From Patescibacteria group bacterium (lineage in GTDB: Bacteria; Patescibacteriota; Patescibacteriia; UBA9570; JAHJKD01), in NCBI GenBank assembly GCA_043798935.1, contig JAZDOC010000014.1, positions 3,549 to 67,548 on the forward strand: a stretch of DNA of 64,000 bases. The letters are read 5' to 3'. Numbering within the stretch: position 1 is the stretch's first letter; each line of letters begins with the position of its first letter. The position numbers were made by a program, and so were the translations under genes. Below are positions 1 to 8,870 of the stretch, piece after piece. The notes under the pieces are model-generated. The model saw only the letters and a program-made list of their open reading frames with translations, ran no database searches and was not told the origin of the DNA.

Positions 1-435
1 TGTTGATGACGATGATCTAAAAAATCAATAATATCTTTTATATCAATTAACCCGTGATGAACGGCCGGATTAATCTCATCAAGAACCAACAAATCAGGAC
101 GTTTTTCCACCATAATACGCCTAACATAGGCCATAGCCTGTTCAGCTAAATGATAATCAGTTGGTGTGGGGTTTAATAAATCAATCGGTTCTTCTGATGC
201 AAAAGGTAAAATTTCAATTTCTCCTTTTATTTTACTTAACGCTTTGATTTCACCAGTATCTTTATAGCCACGCAAAAAACGCACCATTAGTACGCGATAA
301 TCATGACCCAAAGCGCGCATCATTAATCCCAATGCGGCGGTTGTTTTGCCTTTACCATCACCCGTATAAACATGCACTAAACCGAGCTTTTTCTTTTGAT
401 TAAATTGTTTTTTTGGTTTTTTATGAGTATTCATT
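1..435 (-). CDS. cobO: ATP:cob(I)alamin adenosyltransferase (CobA/CobO/BtuR family), partial; C-terminus lies beyond the window start
   Basis: Not in the ORF track because it is cut by the window edge. Manual minus-strand translation from ATG 435..433 gives MNTHKKPKKQFNQKKKLGLVHVYTGDGKGKTTAALGLMMRALGH...LDEINPAVHHGLIDIKDIIDFL. The P-loop VxTGxGKGKTTAA and the downstream LDE block match CobA/BtuR. The frame stays open to position 1. Confidence 0.7.
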
Positions 436-466
436 TTTTGTGTTTGTTATTATCTTATTGCTTGTA

Positions 467-1162
467 TTATATACCTCTAATCTCACATTTGTCCACATAT
501 TTTTGCATTATTTCTTGAAATTCCTTTATTTCCTCGTCGCCAAAACTGAATTCATCAGCAAAACTAGGGTCTAATGTTTTGCGGGCTCTAAACTGCTGTA
601 AATAATAATTTTTTGCGCCTTTTATCAACTCGCCTATTTTATAAAAACTTTGTTTATCAAACAAGCGTGGCATGATAGTAGATCTAAATTCATAATCCAA
701 CCTGCTCAACATAATAATCTGTATGCTTTTAGTAATGTTATTAATATCCACTTCAGTATTAACGGTTAGAGCGTATTTCTCTAAACTGTTTTTTATGTCC
801 ATGGCAATATAATCAATCAGCTTTTTATTTATTAAATCTTGCAGTAGGTCCGGATTAGTACCATTAGTATCTAGTTTTAAAAGATAATCAATATCTTTCA
901 CCTTACGAATAAAATTTTCAATATCATTATAAATTAATGGTTCGCCACCAGTAATAACCACGGCCTCTAATACATTTTTTCTTTTTTTTAAAAATTCTAT
1001 TATTTCGTCTTCGCTAATTTCCGGATAATACTTACTTGGATCGACCAGCTCAGGATTATGACAAAACCCACAACGAAAATTACAGCCACGTGTAAACACA
1101 ATGGCTGCAATCTTATCTGGATAATCTATCAGCGAGGTTTTTTGTAAACCAGAAATAATCAT
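467..1162 (-). CDS. nrdG: anaerobic ribonucleoside-triphosphate reductase activating protein (radical SAM)
   Basis: N-terminal CNFRCGFCHNPEL cluster motif typical of NrdG/PflA-type activases. It sits directly after the nrdD reading frames. Its ATG is 1 nt from the stop of the small glycyl-radical ORF. Confidence 0.85.
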   Translation of the reverse strand: MIISGLQKTSLIDYPDKIAAIVFTRGCNFRCGFCHNPELVDPSKYYPEISEDEIIEFLKKRKNVLEAVVITGGEPLIYNDIENFIRKVKDIDYLLKLDTNGTNPDLLQDLINKKLIDYIAMDIKNSLEKYALTVNTEVDINNITKSIQIIMLSRLDYEFRSTIMPRLFDKQSFYKIGELIKGAKNYYLQQFRARKTLDPSFADEFSFGDEEIKEFQEIMQKYVDKCEIRGI

Positions 1163-1163
1163 A

Positions 1164-1334
1164 TTACTCGCAATCGCAAGTACCAGATGAACTTAATTGT
1201 TTATCATATGTTACGCGGTCAATAAATTCACTTTTTTTACCTTCATTCCATTGTTGTACGGGTACAATCCAACCCACTACGCGTGAATATACTTCGCATT
1301 TTGTTCTTTGTAATTCTAATTCTTGATTATTCAT
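1164..1334 (-). CDS. stand-alone NrdD C-terminal glycyl-radical domain fragment (56 aa)
   Basis: Manual translation: MNNQELELQRTKCEVYSRVVGWIVPVQQWNEGKKSEFIDRVTYDKQLSSSGTCDCE. The pattern RVxG(Y/W)...WNxGK..E..DR matches the glycyl-radical loop at the extreme C-terminus of class III RNRs. It is in the same frame as nrdD and is separated from it by TAA at 1362-1364 plus 9 sense codons. Its own stop is TAA at 1164-1166. Confidence 0.65.
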   Translation of the reverse strand: MNNQELELQRTKCEVYSRVVGWIVPVQQWNEGKKSEFIDRVTYDKQLSSSGTCDCE

Positions 1335-1361
1335 AATTTTATTGTTAATTTTTGTTATTAT

Positions 1362-3473
1362 TTAAACTTTTACTTTGTTTAACAGCTTCTTTTTAACACT
1401 TTTTTTATCTTTTTCTTCCGGAACATAGCCAATTTCTTGATCACACTTTGGGCAATAGAAGTGTTCACCCGGCAAGTAGCCGTGTTTGGGGCAAATACTG
1501 AATGTTGGTGTTATAGTATAGTACGGTAAATGATAATTTTCGGCAATGGTGCGTACTAATTTCTTACAAGCTTCTGGGCTTTCCATTCTTTCACCAATAA
1601 ACCCGTGTAAAACCGTGCCACCGGTATATTTAACTTGTAAATCATCTTGATAATCTAGAGCTTCAAAAATATCGTCGGTTATTCCTACTGGTACATGAGT
1701 TGAATTTGTATAATAGGGCTTTGCACTTTCTTCTCTGACTGCTTTATCGTTAGCAAAAATAATATCCGGATGAAGTTCTAAATCTTTTTTAGCAAAACGG
1801 TAAGTTGCGCCTTCAGCCGGTGTGGCTTCTAAATTGTATAAATCATCGTCTGCTTCTTGATATTGCTGTAACTTTGCTCGCATATGATCGAGAATTTTAA
1901 TAGCCAGAGCTTTACCTTCGGGGCTGGCAATATTTTTACCCATGTAGTTTACTAAACATTCATTCATACCATTTAAACCAATAGTATTAAAATGATTTTT
2001 CCAATATTGGCCAAATCTTTTTTGAATTCCGCTTAACCAATATTTAGAATATGGATACAAGTTTTGTTCAGTAAAACGCTCTAAAACTTTCCTTTTTATT
2101 TTTAAACTCTCTCGCGCCATGTCCATTAATTTATCAGTCCGATCGTATAAATCTTGTTCATCTTTTCCTTTGGCCAAATAACCAATTCTAGCCATGTTTA
2201 AAGTTACAACACCAATTGATCCAGTAAGTGGATTAGCTCCAAATAACCCGCCGCCCCGTTTTCTTAATTCACGGTTATCAAGGCGTAAACGGCAACACAT
2301 GGATCTAGCGTCGTCCGGGTCCATGTCAGAATTAATGAAGTTAGAAAAATATGGCACGCCGTATTTTGCGGTCATTTCCCATACTTTGCTAATGGCCGGA
2401 TTTTCCCAATCAAAATCCTTAGAAATATTATAGGTTGGAATTGGAAATGCAAATATTCTACCATCAGCATCACCGGTTAACATGGCTTCGGCAAAAGCTT
2501 GGTTAATCATGTCCATTTCTTTTTGAAAATCTTTGTATTTTTCTTCTTTTACTTCCCCGCCGATTACAACGTTTTCATTACCTAATGTACCGGTGGCTAC
2601 AACATCCATGGTAATATTTGTAAACGGTGTTTGAAAACCAACACGTGTTGGAACATTTAAATTGAATAAAAATTCTTGGATACTTTGTTTAACTTCTTTT
2701 TCGGTTAAGTTATCGTAGCGTACAAATGGCGCTAAAAGCGTATCAAAATTAGCTACGGCCTGAGCCCCAGCTGCTTCACCCTGTAAAGTGTAAAGAAAAT
2801 TAACTAATTGCCCCAAAGCGGTACGAAAATGTTTTGGTGGTGAAGATGTTACTTTATTAGCCGCTCCGCCAAATCCGCGGACTAATAGGTCTTTTAAGTC
2901 CCACCCACAGCAATAAACAGCTAATAATCCTAAATCATGTAAGTGTAAATCGGCATTTATATGCGCTTGCCTTATTTCAAGTGGATATAATTTATTTAGC
3001 CAGTATCTGGCGGTTATGGCTGAAGAAACATAATTGTTTAAGCCTTGCACCGAAAAACTCATGTTGCCGTTTTCATTAACCCGCCAATCCATTTGACCGA
3101 CATAGTCTTCGATTAAAGCATCACCGTCAACGAGCTTTTTTACATCTCTTATTTGTTTGTGTTGTTCTCGATATAAAATGTATGCCTTGGCGGTTTTGTC
3201 GTGCCCTTCTTTTATTAAAACTTGCTCAACAATATCTTGAACTTGTTCGACTGTTGGAGTGGTATGCGTTCCAAATCGTTCTTCAACAATGGCCACCACA
3301 ATTTTTGTAACCATGGTTGCTTTATCCCAATTTTCACCGCCAGTTGCTTTAGCAGCTTTAAAAATCGCTTCCGTGATTTTGTTTGGATCAAAATCAGCTA
3401 CGCGTCCGTCTCTTTTTTTAATTTTTGTAATAATTGCGCTGGCAATCAGTTTTTCTTGCTTATTCTCCTCCAT
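1362..3473 (-). CDS. nrdD: anaerobic ribonucleoside-triphosphate reductase (class III RNR) catalytic polypeptide, ending before the glycyl-radical tail
   Basis: 703 aa with an N-terminal ATP-cone (KRDGRVADFDPNKITEAIFKA), a class III RNR core and a C-terminal CPKH...CPKC Zn-ribbon-like segment. The canonical RVxGY glycyl-radical motif is missing from this ORF. Confidence 0.9.
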   Translation of the reverse strand: MEENKQEKLIASAIITKIKKRDGRVADFDPNKITEAIFKAAKATGGENWDKATMVTKIVVAIVEERFGTHTTPTVEQVQDIVEQVLIKEGHDKTAKAYILYREQHKQIRDVKKLVDGDALIEDYVGQMDWRVNENGNMSFSVQGLNNYVSSAITARYWLNKLYPLEIRQAHINADLHLHDLGLLAVYCCGWDLKDLLVRGFGGAANKVTSSPPKHFRTALGQLVNFLYTLQGEAAGAQAVANFDTLLAPFVRYDNLTEKEVKQSIQEFLFNLNVPTRVGFQTPFTNITMDVVATGTLGNENVVIGGEVKEEKYKDFQKEMDMINQAFAEAMLTGDADGRIFAFPIPTYNISKDFDWENPAISKVWEMTAKYGVPYFSNFINSDMDPDDARSMCCRLRLDNRELRKRGGGLFGANPLTGSIGVVTLNMARIGYLAKGKDEQDLYDRTDKLMDMARESLKIKRKVLERFTEQNLYPYSKYWLSGIQKRFGQYWKNHFNTIGLNGMNECLVNYMGKNIASPEGKALAIKILDHMRAKLQQYQEADDDLYNLEATPAEGATYRFAKKDLELHPDIIFANDKAVREESAKPYYTNSTHVPVGITDDIFEALDYQDDLQVKYTGGTVLHGFIGERMESPEACKKLVRTIAENYHLPYYTITPTFSICPKHGYLPGEHFYCPKCDQEIGYVPEEKDKKSVKKKLLNKVKV

Positions 3474-3484
3474 AATAATTGATG

Positions 3485-3952
3485 TTATTTTTTTCTTTTT
3501 TTATTTATTAATTTGTTTATTTCTTCTTGGAACGCTTCGACATCTTCAAAGTCTCTGTAAACTGATGCGAAACGGATATAAGCGACTTTATCTAATTTTC
3601 GTAAATGTTTCATTATTATTTCACCAATATCACGACTGTGAATTTTATCGTTTTTAGCTTTTAATTGAATGTCTTGTTCGATATCTTGAATCACACGCTT
3701 TAACTTTTCAGCTGTCGTAGGACGTTTTTCTAAAGCTTTTTGCATGCTAACAGCCAGTTTATCTTTATCGTAAGCTTGTTCACTGCCATTCTGCTTAACT
3801 ACTTTTAAATTTAATATTTCCACTTCCTCTACCGTCGAGAACCGAAAACCACACTTATCGCATTCTCGACGGCGCCTAATAGTAATATTTTCCTCGGAAG
3901 ACCGAGAATCTATTACTTTAGTATCTTCATTATGGCACGACGGGCATTTCAT
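3485..3952 (-). CDS. nrdR: transcriptional repressor NrdR (Zn ribbon plus ATP-cone)
   Basis: MKCPSCHNEDTKVIDSRSSEE...RRRECDKCGFRFST zinc ribbon followed by an ATP-cone. It is first in the nrdR-nrdD-nrdG gene order. Confidence 0.92.
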   Translation of the reverse strand: MKCPSCHNEDTKVIDSRSSEENITIRRRRECDKCGFRFSTVEEVEILNLKVVKQNGSEQAYDKDKLAVSMQKALEKRPTTAEKLKRVIQDIEQDIQLKAKNDKIHSRDIGEIIMKHLRKLDKVAYIRFASVYRDFEDVEAFQEEINKLINKKRKK

Positions 3953-3965
3953 ATTTGAAATTGTT

Positions 3966-4015
3966 TTACTATATATTGTGTTGGTATTAATAATTATAGC
4001 ACAATATCTAGTAAA
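3966..4015 (-). promoter_or_regulatory. putative tandem NrdR boxes in the nrdR/nrdD promoter region
   Basis: Plus-strand 3966-3981 ttactatatattgtgt matches the published NrdR-box consensus acaCwAtATaTwGtgt at 14 of 16 positions. 4000-4015 gcacaatatctagtaa matches at 12 of 16. Box centres are about 34 bp apart, immediately upstream of the nrdR ATG at 3952. Confidence 0.5.
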
Positions 4016-4018
4016 TGA

Positions 4019-4047
4019 AAAACCCCGCTAAAAACGGGGGTTTTTAT
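4019..4047. terminator. bidirectional rho-independent terminator (CCCCG-loop-CGGGG flanked by A-run and T-run)
   Basis: Sequence aaaaCCCCGctaaaaaCGGGGgttttt lies downstream of the minus-strand gene ending at 4069. Confidence 0.6.
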
Positions 4048-4068
4048 TAAATGTGGATAACTATAAAA

Positions 4069-4953
4069 TTAAAAGAATAATTTCGCTACCATTAAACCGA
4101 CAGCGAATGAACCAACATTACATACTACTGATATCCATAAAGCCCGACGATATTTAATATTTAATAACTGATTAATTATAAATGCTTCAACTAGCATCAC
4201 AATAATTTCACCAGCTAAAGTAGGTAAATAATTTGACCATCCCCCATTTTGTTTAGAAATAACATTAAATATAAAAAGTGCGATCCAATTATTAGAAACA
4301 AACCATAAATAAGGCAAGGTAAGAGCTGATGAAATAATACCGGTAAAAATTATTTTGCCGTGTTTTGGTTTATCAGATTTCTTTTTATAAATTATTTGCA
4401 GTAATACCCATAATAATATTGTTTCAACAACAATTGTAATAGCTAAAGCTAAAGGAAAATTACTATATAAATTTGCGGCGTTAGCTGTGGTTTGAACTGA
4501 TTCATTAAAATTCATAGGCATTTCGAAAGTAGTTTCGCAAAACCTATCGACCCCATTTTGTTCGCATGCAGTAAAATCAACAGGGCTGTCTCCGATATTA
4601 GCGATGGTAAAATCTCCATCCGGCGTAACGCCATCTAAACGACAATAATTTATATGGCGGTAATTTAGATAATACGGTTCTTCAACAATACAGCTGTCGG
4701 AATTAGTGCAATTTGCGCTATAGCTATAAATCAAAGAATCAACATAATTACCAGGATCATAATTTGGATCTTCACCGGGTAGATATATATAACCGTAGCA
4801 AGACACGGTATAGTCAACAGACTTATTATAAGGCTGGTGATTTTTAGTAAAATGAACTTGGGTTTTTGTAGGAAAAGAAATATCTGCCAATAATACTATT
4901 GGCATAATTAATAACCCGAATAAAATGCACACTAAGATACTTTTTTTAAGCAT
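4069..4953 (-). CDS. hypothetical membrane protein: signal peptide, Cys-rich extracytoplasmic domain, four C-terminal TM helices
   Basis: 294-aa ORF with a hydrophobic N-terminus and 8 Cys in the middle segment. Hydrophobic helices span LALAITIVVETILLWVLLQII through SFAVGLMVAKLFF. No family recognised. Confidence 0.55.
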   Translation of the reverse strand: MLKKSILVCILFGLLIMPIVLLADISFPTKTQVHFTKNHQPYNKSVDYTVSCYGYIYLPGEDPNYDPGNYVDSLIYSYSANCTNSDSCIVEEPYYLNYRHINYCRLDGVTPDGDFTIANIGDSPVDFTACEQNGVDRFCETTFEMPMNFNESVQTTANAANLYSNFPLALAITIVVETILLWVLLQIIYKKKSDKPKHGKIIFTGIISSALTLPYLWFVSNNWIALFIFNVISKQNGGWSNYLPTLAGEIIVMLVEAFIINQLLNIKYRRALWISVVCNVGSFAVGLMVAKLFF

Positions 4954-5012
4954 ATTTTTATTATATATTAGTATACTTAATATAATGTTATATTTAATTA
5001 TTTGTTACAGCT

Positions 5013-5810
5013 CTATTGTTTTGATTTAATTAGAACTGGATAATGATCTGAAGCTTTGGTTTTTATTGTACTGCTGCTTTTTATATTGAATTTATAGTTA
5101 ACAAAAATATAATCAAGTCTTTTTTTCGCTACCATCCATCCGGTAAAAGTTTTTTTGGGGCCATGATGAATAGCTAGTTTGTTAACGTCTAAATAGTGTT
5201 TGGTAAGCAAGCTATAAGTTTTGCTGCTAGGTTTAGAATTAAAATCGCCCATCAAAAACGCCAATGTATTCGAAGACAATTTATTAACTTTTTTAATAAT
5301 TTTTTTCACACTGTTATTACGGCTGGTATTACTTTTACTTAAATGGGTATTGAAAATATAAAATTCATCTGCCCCATTTTGAAATTTTGCCCAGGTGACA
5401 ATGCGTGGTATGCGGCCATGCGAGAGCCAAAATGTATTTGACTCTAAAACAGTGTATTTGCTTGTTTTATAGAAAATTGGATTAAACTCACCCAAATTTC
5501 CACCACTGCGTCCTTCTCCTACATAAGCATAGCCATCTAAATGATCTAATAAATAACTTAACTGCGTATAAGACACTTCCTGCAAACCAATGATGTCGGC
5601 TTTTTTTATCTGATTAATAACTTTATCTCGCCTGTTTTCCCAAGCTCTATCCCCTGTGTCTTTTGCTGTGTTAACCCTAATATTAAAAGTCATTAATGTT
5701 AAAGGGTTATCAACAACCTTTATTTCTTGTGCCGATATAAAATTAACATGCCAGAATAAACTTAGCACTATGACGAAAAGAATAATTATTTGCTGATGTC
5801 GAATTTGCAT
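5013..5810 (-). CDS. secreted endonuclease/exonuclease/phosphatase (EEP) family protein
   Basis: Signal-peptide-like N-terminus, then LTLMTFNIRVN...DIIGLQEV and C-terminal SDHYPV, characteristic of the EEP (DNase I-like) fold. Confidence 0.7.
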   Translation of the reverse strand: MQIRHQQIIILFVIVLSLFWHVNFISAQEIKVVDNPLTLMTFNIRVNTAKDTGDRAWENRRDKVINQIKKADIIGLQEVSYTQLSYLLDHLDGYAYVGEGRSGGNLGEFNPIFYKTSKYTVLESNTFWLSHGRIPRIVTWAKFQNGADEFYIFNTHLSKSNTSRNNSVKKIIKKVNKLSSNTLAFLMGDFNSKPSSKTYSLLTKHYLDVNKLAIHHGPKKTFTGWMVAKKRLDYIFVNYKFNIKSSSTIKTKASDHYPVLIKSKQ

Positions 5811-5818
5811 TTGTTATA

Positions 5819-5847
5819 AAAAAATCATCTGCGAGAGGTGATTTTTT
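5819..5847 (-). terminator. hairpin plus T-run after ftsZ
   Basis: Sequence aaaaaatcatctgcgagaggtgatttttt lies between the ftsZ stop (5856) and the next gene. It is an imperfect 7-bp stem with a U-run on the minus strand. Confidence 0.4.
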
Positions 5848-5855
5848 AATTTTAA

Positions 5856-7040
5856 TTACATCATTTTTTTTCGTATAAAGGCCGGGACTTCCAGATCATC
5901 TTCTTCGGCATTATTCTGTACCGGTGTTTGCTCCATAATATTTCGCGATTTAAATGAAGGCTTTGGCTCGGGCTCTTCTTCTTTTTCTTCTTTATAAGCA
6001 GTACTGGAAAAAGGAGTCGGCCGAGCAGTTTGAATTTTTTTAACAGTGCGTGGTTGGTCACCAAACCCGGTAGCCACAACTGTTATTTTAACTTCATCTT
6101 TCATGTTTTCGTCAACAATAGAACCAAAAATAATTTTAGCATTAGGATCAGCAGTTTCAGTGATTACTCTGGCGGCTTCATTTACTTCGTGCATGCCTAA
6201 ATTTTCTCCGCCGGTAATTGTAAATAATATACCTTTAGCGCCATCAATAGACATTTCAAGAAGGGGGCTATCGATAGCGGCTTTGGCGGCTTCAACGGCT
6301 CTATTTTCACCACTAGCGATTCCAATACCCATTAAGGCAGAACCAGCATCCTGCATAACCGATTTTACATCCGCAAAATCTACATTAATTAAACCCGGAA
6401 CAGTGATTAAATCTGAAATTCCCCGTACGCCCTGATTAAGAACATCATCTACGGTCTTAAAAGCATCTAGTAGAGATGTTTTTTTATCAATGATTTGTAA
6501 TAAACGATCATTAGGGATAGTAATGATAGTATCAACTTTATTAGCCAGTTCACCCAGCGCTGATTCAGCAATAGCTCTTCGTTGTGCGCCTTCAAAAGCA
6601 AACGGTTTCGTAACCACAGCCACTGTTAAAGCACCGGCTTCACGAGCCAAATCAGCAATAAGCGCCGATGCGCCACTACCAGTTCCGCCACCTAAACCAC
6701 AAGTAATAAACACCATATCTGAACCTTTTAACATTTCGGTTAATTCTTCTTGATTTTCTTCAGCCGCTTTTCGGCCAACTTCCGGATCCATACCAGCCCC
6801 CAGGCCACGAGTAGTAACTTTTCCAATATGAACTTTTTTATTTGCCGGGTTGTGTTGTAACGCCTGCGCATCAGTATTTATTACTACAAAATCCACGCCT
6901 CGAAAACCCGAGTTAATCATTCGAGAAACAGCTGATCCGCCTGAACCGCCGACGCCGATTACTCTTATTTTAGCGAATGTTTCAATGTCTGGTTTTATTT
7001 CCATATATTTTGAGTTAGCTTTTTTAATGTTTTTATTCAT
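5856..7040 (-). CDS. ftsZ: cell division protein FtsZ
   Basis: Tubulin-like GTPase motifs GVGGSGGSAV and GGGTGSG, plus an acidic C-terminal tail. Confidence 0.95.
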   Translation of the reverse strand: MNKNIKKANSKYMEIKPDIETFAKIRVIGVGGSGGSAVSRMINSGFRGVDFVVINTDAQALQHNPANKKVHIGKVTTRGLGAGMDPEVGRKAAEENQEELTEMLKGSDMVFITCGLGGGTGSGASALIADLAREAGALTVAVVTKPFAFEGAQRRAIAESALGELANKVDTIITIPNDRLLQIIDKKTSLLDAFKTVDDVLNQGVRGISDLITVPGLINVDFADVKSVMQDAGSALMGIGIASGENRAVEAAKAAIDSPLLEMSIDGAKGILFTITGGENLGMHEVNEAARVITETADPNAKIIFGSIVDENMKDEVKITVVATGFGDQPRTVKKIQTARPTPFSSTAYKEEKEEEPEPKPSFKSRNIMEQTPVQNNAEEDDLEVPAFIRKKMM

Positions 7041-7222
7041 AATTATTAGCTATCAATATGTGATGAACACATTTTTTAATGATTATATTTTTATTTTTTT
7101 ATAATGCATTAATAATAACTAAAATCGCATTTTGCGTCAAGCTTCTTGCATACATATTTTATACAGCTAAAAAACTCTCGAACAAATCGAAAGTTATGAA
7201 TAATTATAAATAACAAATATAA

Positions 7223-8467
7223 TTAAGGTAATAAAGATTTTACCCACTTTTTCATTTTTCCGGTTACATTAGTGACAGAGGAAAATTTTGGCATGCTAAT
7301 TCCACCGCGACGAACATTTGATAAATTAGCGCCCCAAAGCACTAACCCAACAGCTGTAGCAAAAACCGGATCATTTATTTTTTCAATAGCAGTTTTAAAA
7401 TCTTTTGGAACACCGCAACAAGCTGGCAAACTAAATTGCTTTTTAGCAGTTTCCACAATACCGTTTAATTTGGCACCGCCACCGGTAATTACAATTCCAG
7501 CTGGTAACATTCCAGCTTTATCAATATTTTTTAATTCTTTATTAATCATGGAGAAAATTTCTTCTACTCGCGCTTCGATTATTTCCGCTACCTCCTTTTT
7601 AGAAACCAATCCTTCTTCTTGGCTATCAATATCGGCTAAGTTTATCATTTCTCTTTTACTGACATCTTCACTAACTGTTGTGCCATATTCGGTTTTTATG
7701 GCTTCGGCGATTTCAACACTAGTACGTAAACCAATAGCAATGTCGTTAGTGATATGACCTGCGCCGACCGGTAATATTTTTGTATAAATAACATCACCCT
7801 CTTCAAAAACCATAATGCCGGTGGTTAGACCGCCAAAGTTAATAAGACATGTCCCTAATTCCTTTTGACGACGCGATAAAACGCTTTCCGAAGCGGCTAA
7901 ACAGCCGACTACTAAATCTTGAATGTCTACACCAGTACGATAAATACACTTGGTAAGATTTTTAATTTGTGAACTAAGACCTAATATTATTTGAGCGTAA
8001 ACTTCTAATTTAATACCGGTCATGCCAACTGGATCTTTGATACCACGTTGATTATCGACAGTAAATTCTCGTGGGATAACGTGTAGAATTTCGTAATTAG
8101 GCGGAGTGGCAACAGTTTGAGCGGCTTCGATAACTCTGGCGACATCGTCTTCTTTAATTTCACCGTCGGCTTTAGATACAGCTACTACGCCATGGCTTTC
8201 TTGAGAAATAACGTGTGAACCGTTAATGCTGATATAAGCTTCTTCTACGGGCATACCTGTCATTCTTTCAACTTTTTCTAAAGCACTGGAAATAGAAGAA
8301 ATAGCATCTTCAATGCTAGTGACAACTCCTTTACTAATACCTTCAGCTGGATGTTCAGCCGCGCCAATAATATGCACTTCGTTATCTTGTGCTGATCGTT
8401 GGCCCACAGCCACACGAATTGTGGTGGAACCAATGTCTAAACCGGTTATTATCTGTTCTTTTGCCAT
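7223..8467 (-). CDS. ftsA: cell division protein FtsA
   Basis: Actin-like ATPase: N-terminus MAKEQIITGLDIGSTTIRVAVGQ and a C-terminal amphipathic tail. It is upstream of ftsZ. Confidence 0.92.
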   Translation of the reverse strand: MAKEQIITGLDIGSTTIRVAVGQRSAQDNEVHIIGAAEHPAEGISKGVVTSIEDAISSISSALEKVERMTGMPVEEAYISINGSHVISQESHGVVAVSKADGEIKEDDVARVIEAAQTVATPPNYEILHVIPREFTVDNQRGIKDPVGMTGIKLEVYAQIILGLSSQIKNLTKCIYRTGVDIQDLVVGCLAASESVLSRRQKELGTCLINFGGLTTGIMVFEEGDVIYTKILPVGAGHITNDIAIGLRTSVEIAEAIKTEYGTTVSEDVSKREMINLADIDSQEEGLVSKKEVAEIIEARVEEIFSMINKELKNIDKAGMLPAGIVITGGGAKLNGIVETAKKQFSLPACCGVPKDFKTAIEKINDPVFATAVGLVLWGANLSNVRRGGISMPKFSSVTNVTGKMKKWVKSLLP

Positions 8468-8501
8468 ATCAAATTATAATAAATTTATTATAATACAAAT
8501 T

Positions 8502-8870
8502 TTAAAATAATGCTAGGAAGTACGGTAAAAATATTAGAAGCGCGATCACGGTTGCGCCAAAACTTGCAATTAAAACTGCGGCTGCCATGATATCTTTAAT
8601 TATTTCAACATAAGAATGGATGCGTGGTTTCAAAATATCAATAATTCTTTCAAAAATTGTATTGATTAATTCCAGAACTAAAACCAAAGTAATTAACATT
8701 AGTAAAACAATGGCCTGCCAAGCTTGAACTTTAAAAAATAAAATAGCTAAAATCACAACCAAACCGATTGTTAGTTGAATGCGAAAATTTTGTTCGTTTT
8801 TAAAAACATAAACTAAGCCATGCATGGCATATTTAAAGCTTCTTTGTAATCTTTTTAAACTAAGCGGCAT
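8502..8870 (-). CDS. dgkA: diacylglycerol kinase / undecaprenol kinase family (DgkA)
   Basis: 122 aa with three TM helices. N-terminal SFKYAMHGLVYVFKNEQNFRIQ is typical of prokaryotic DgkA. Confidence 0.8.
   Translation of the reverse strand: MPLSLKRLQRSFKYAMHGLVYVFKNEQNFRIQLTIGLVVILAILFFKVQAWQAIVLLMLITLVLVLELINTIFERIIDILKPRIHSYVEIIKDIMAAAVLIASFGATVIALLIFLPYFLALF

Noticed and set aside
1335-1364. UGA-to-Gly recoding (genetic code 25, as in Gracilibacteria/SR1) as an explanation for the interrupted nrdD
   Set aside because: The interrupting codon is TAA, not TGA. TGA also functions as a genuine stop elsewhere; yqeY terminates with TGA overlapping the giant gene's ATG.
2194-3657. Plus-strand ORFs 2194-2433, 3222-3482 and 3259-3657 inside or antisense to nrdD and nrdR
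   Set aside because: They are fully embedded antisense to well-supported conserved genes. Composition is low-complexity and there is no recognisable domain. These are typical shadow ORFs of AT-rich DNA.
6046-8510. Plus-strand ORFs 6046-6435, 6490-6753, 6850-7104, 7272-7757 and 8313-8510 antisense to ftsZ and ftsA
   Set aside because: Shadow ORFs opposite highly conserved genes with no homology signal.
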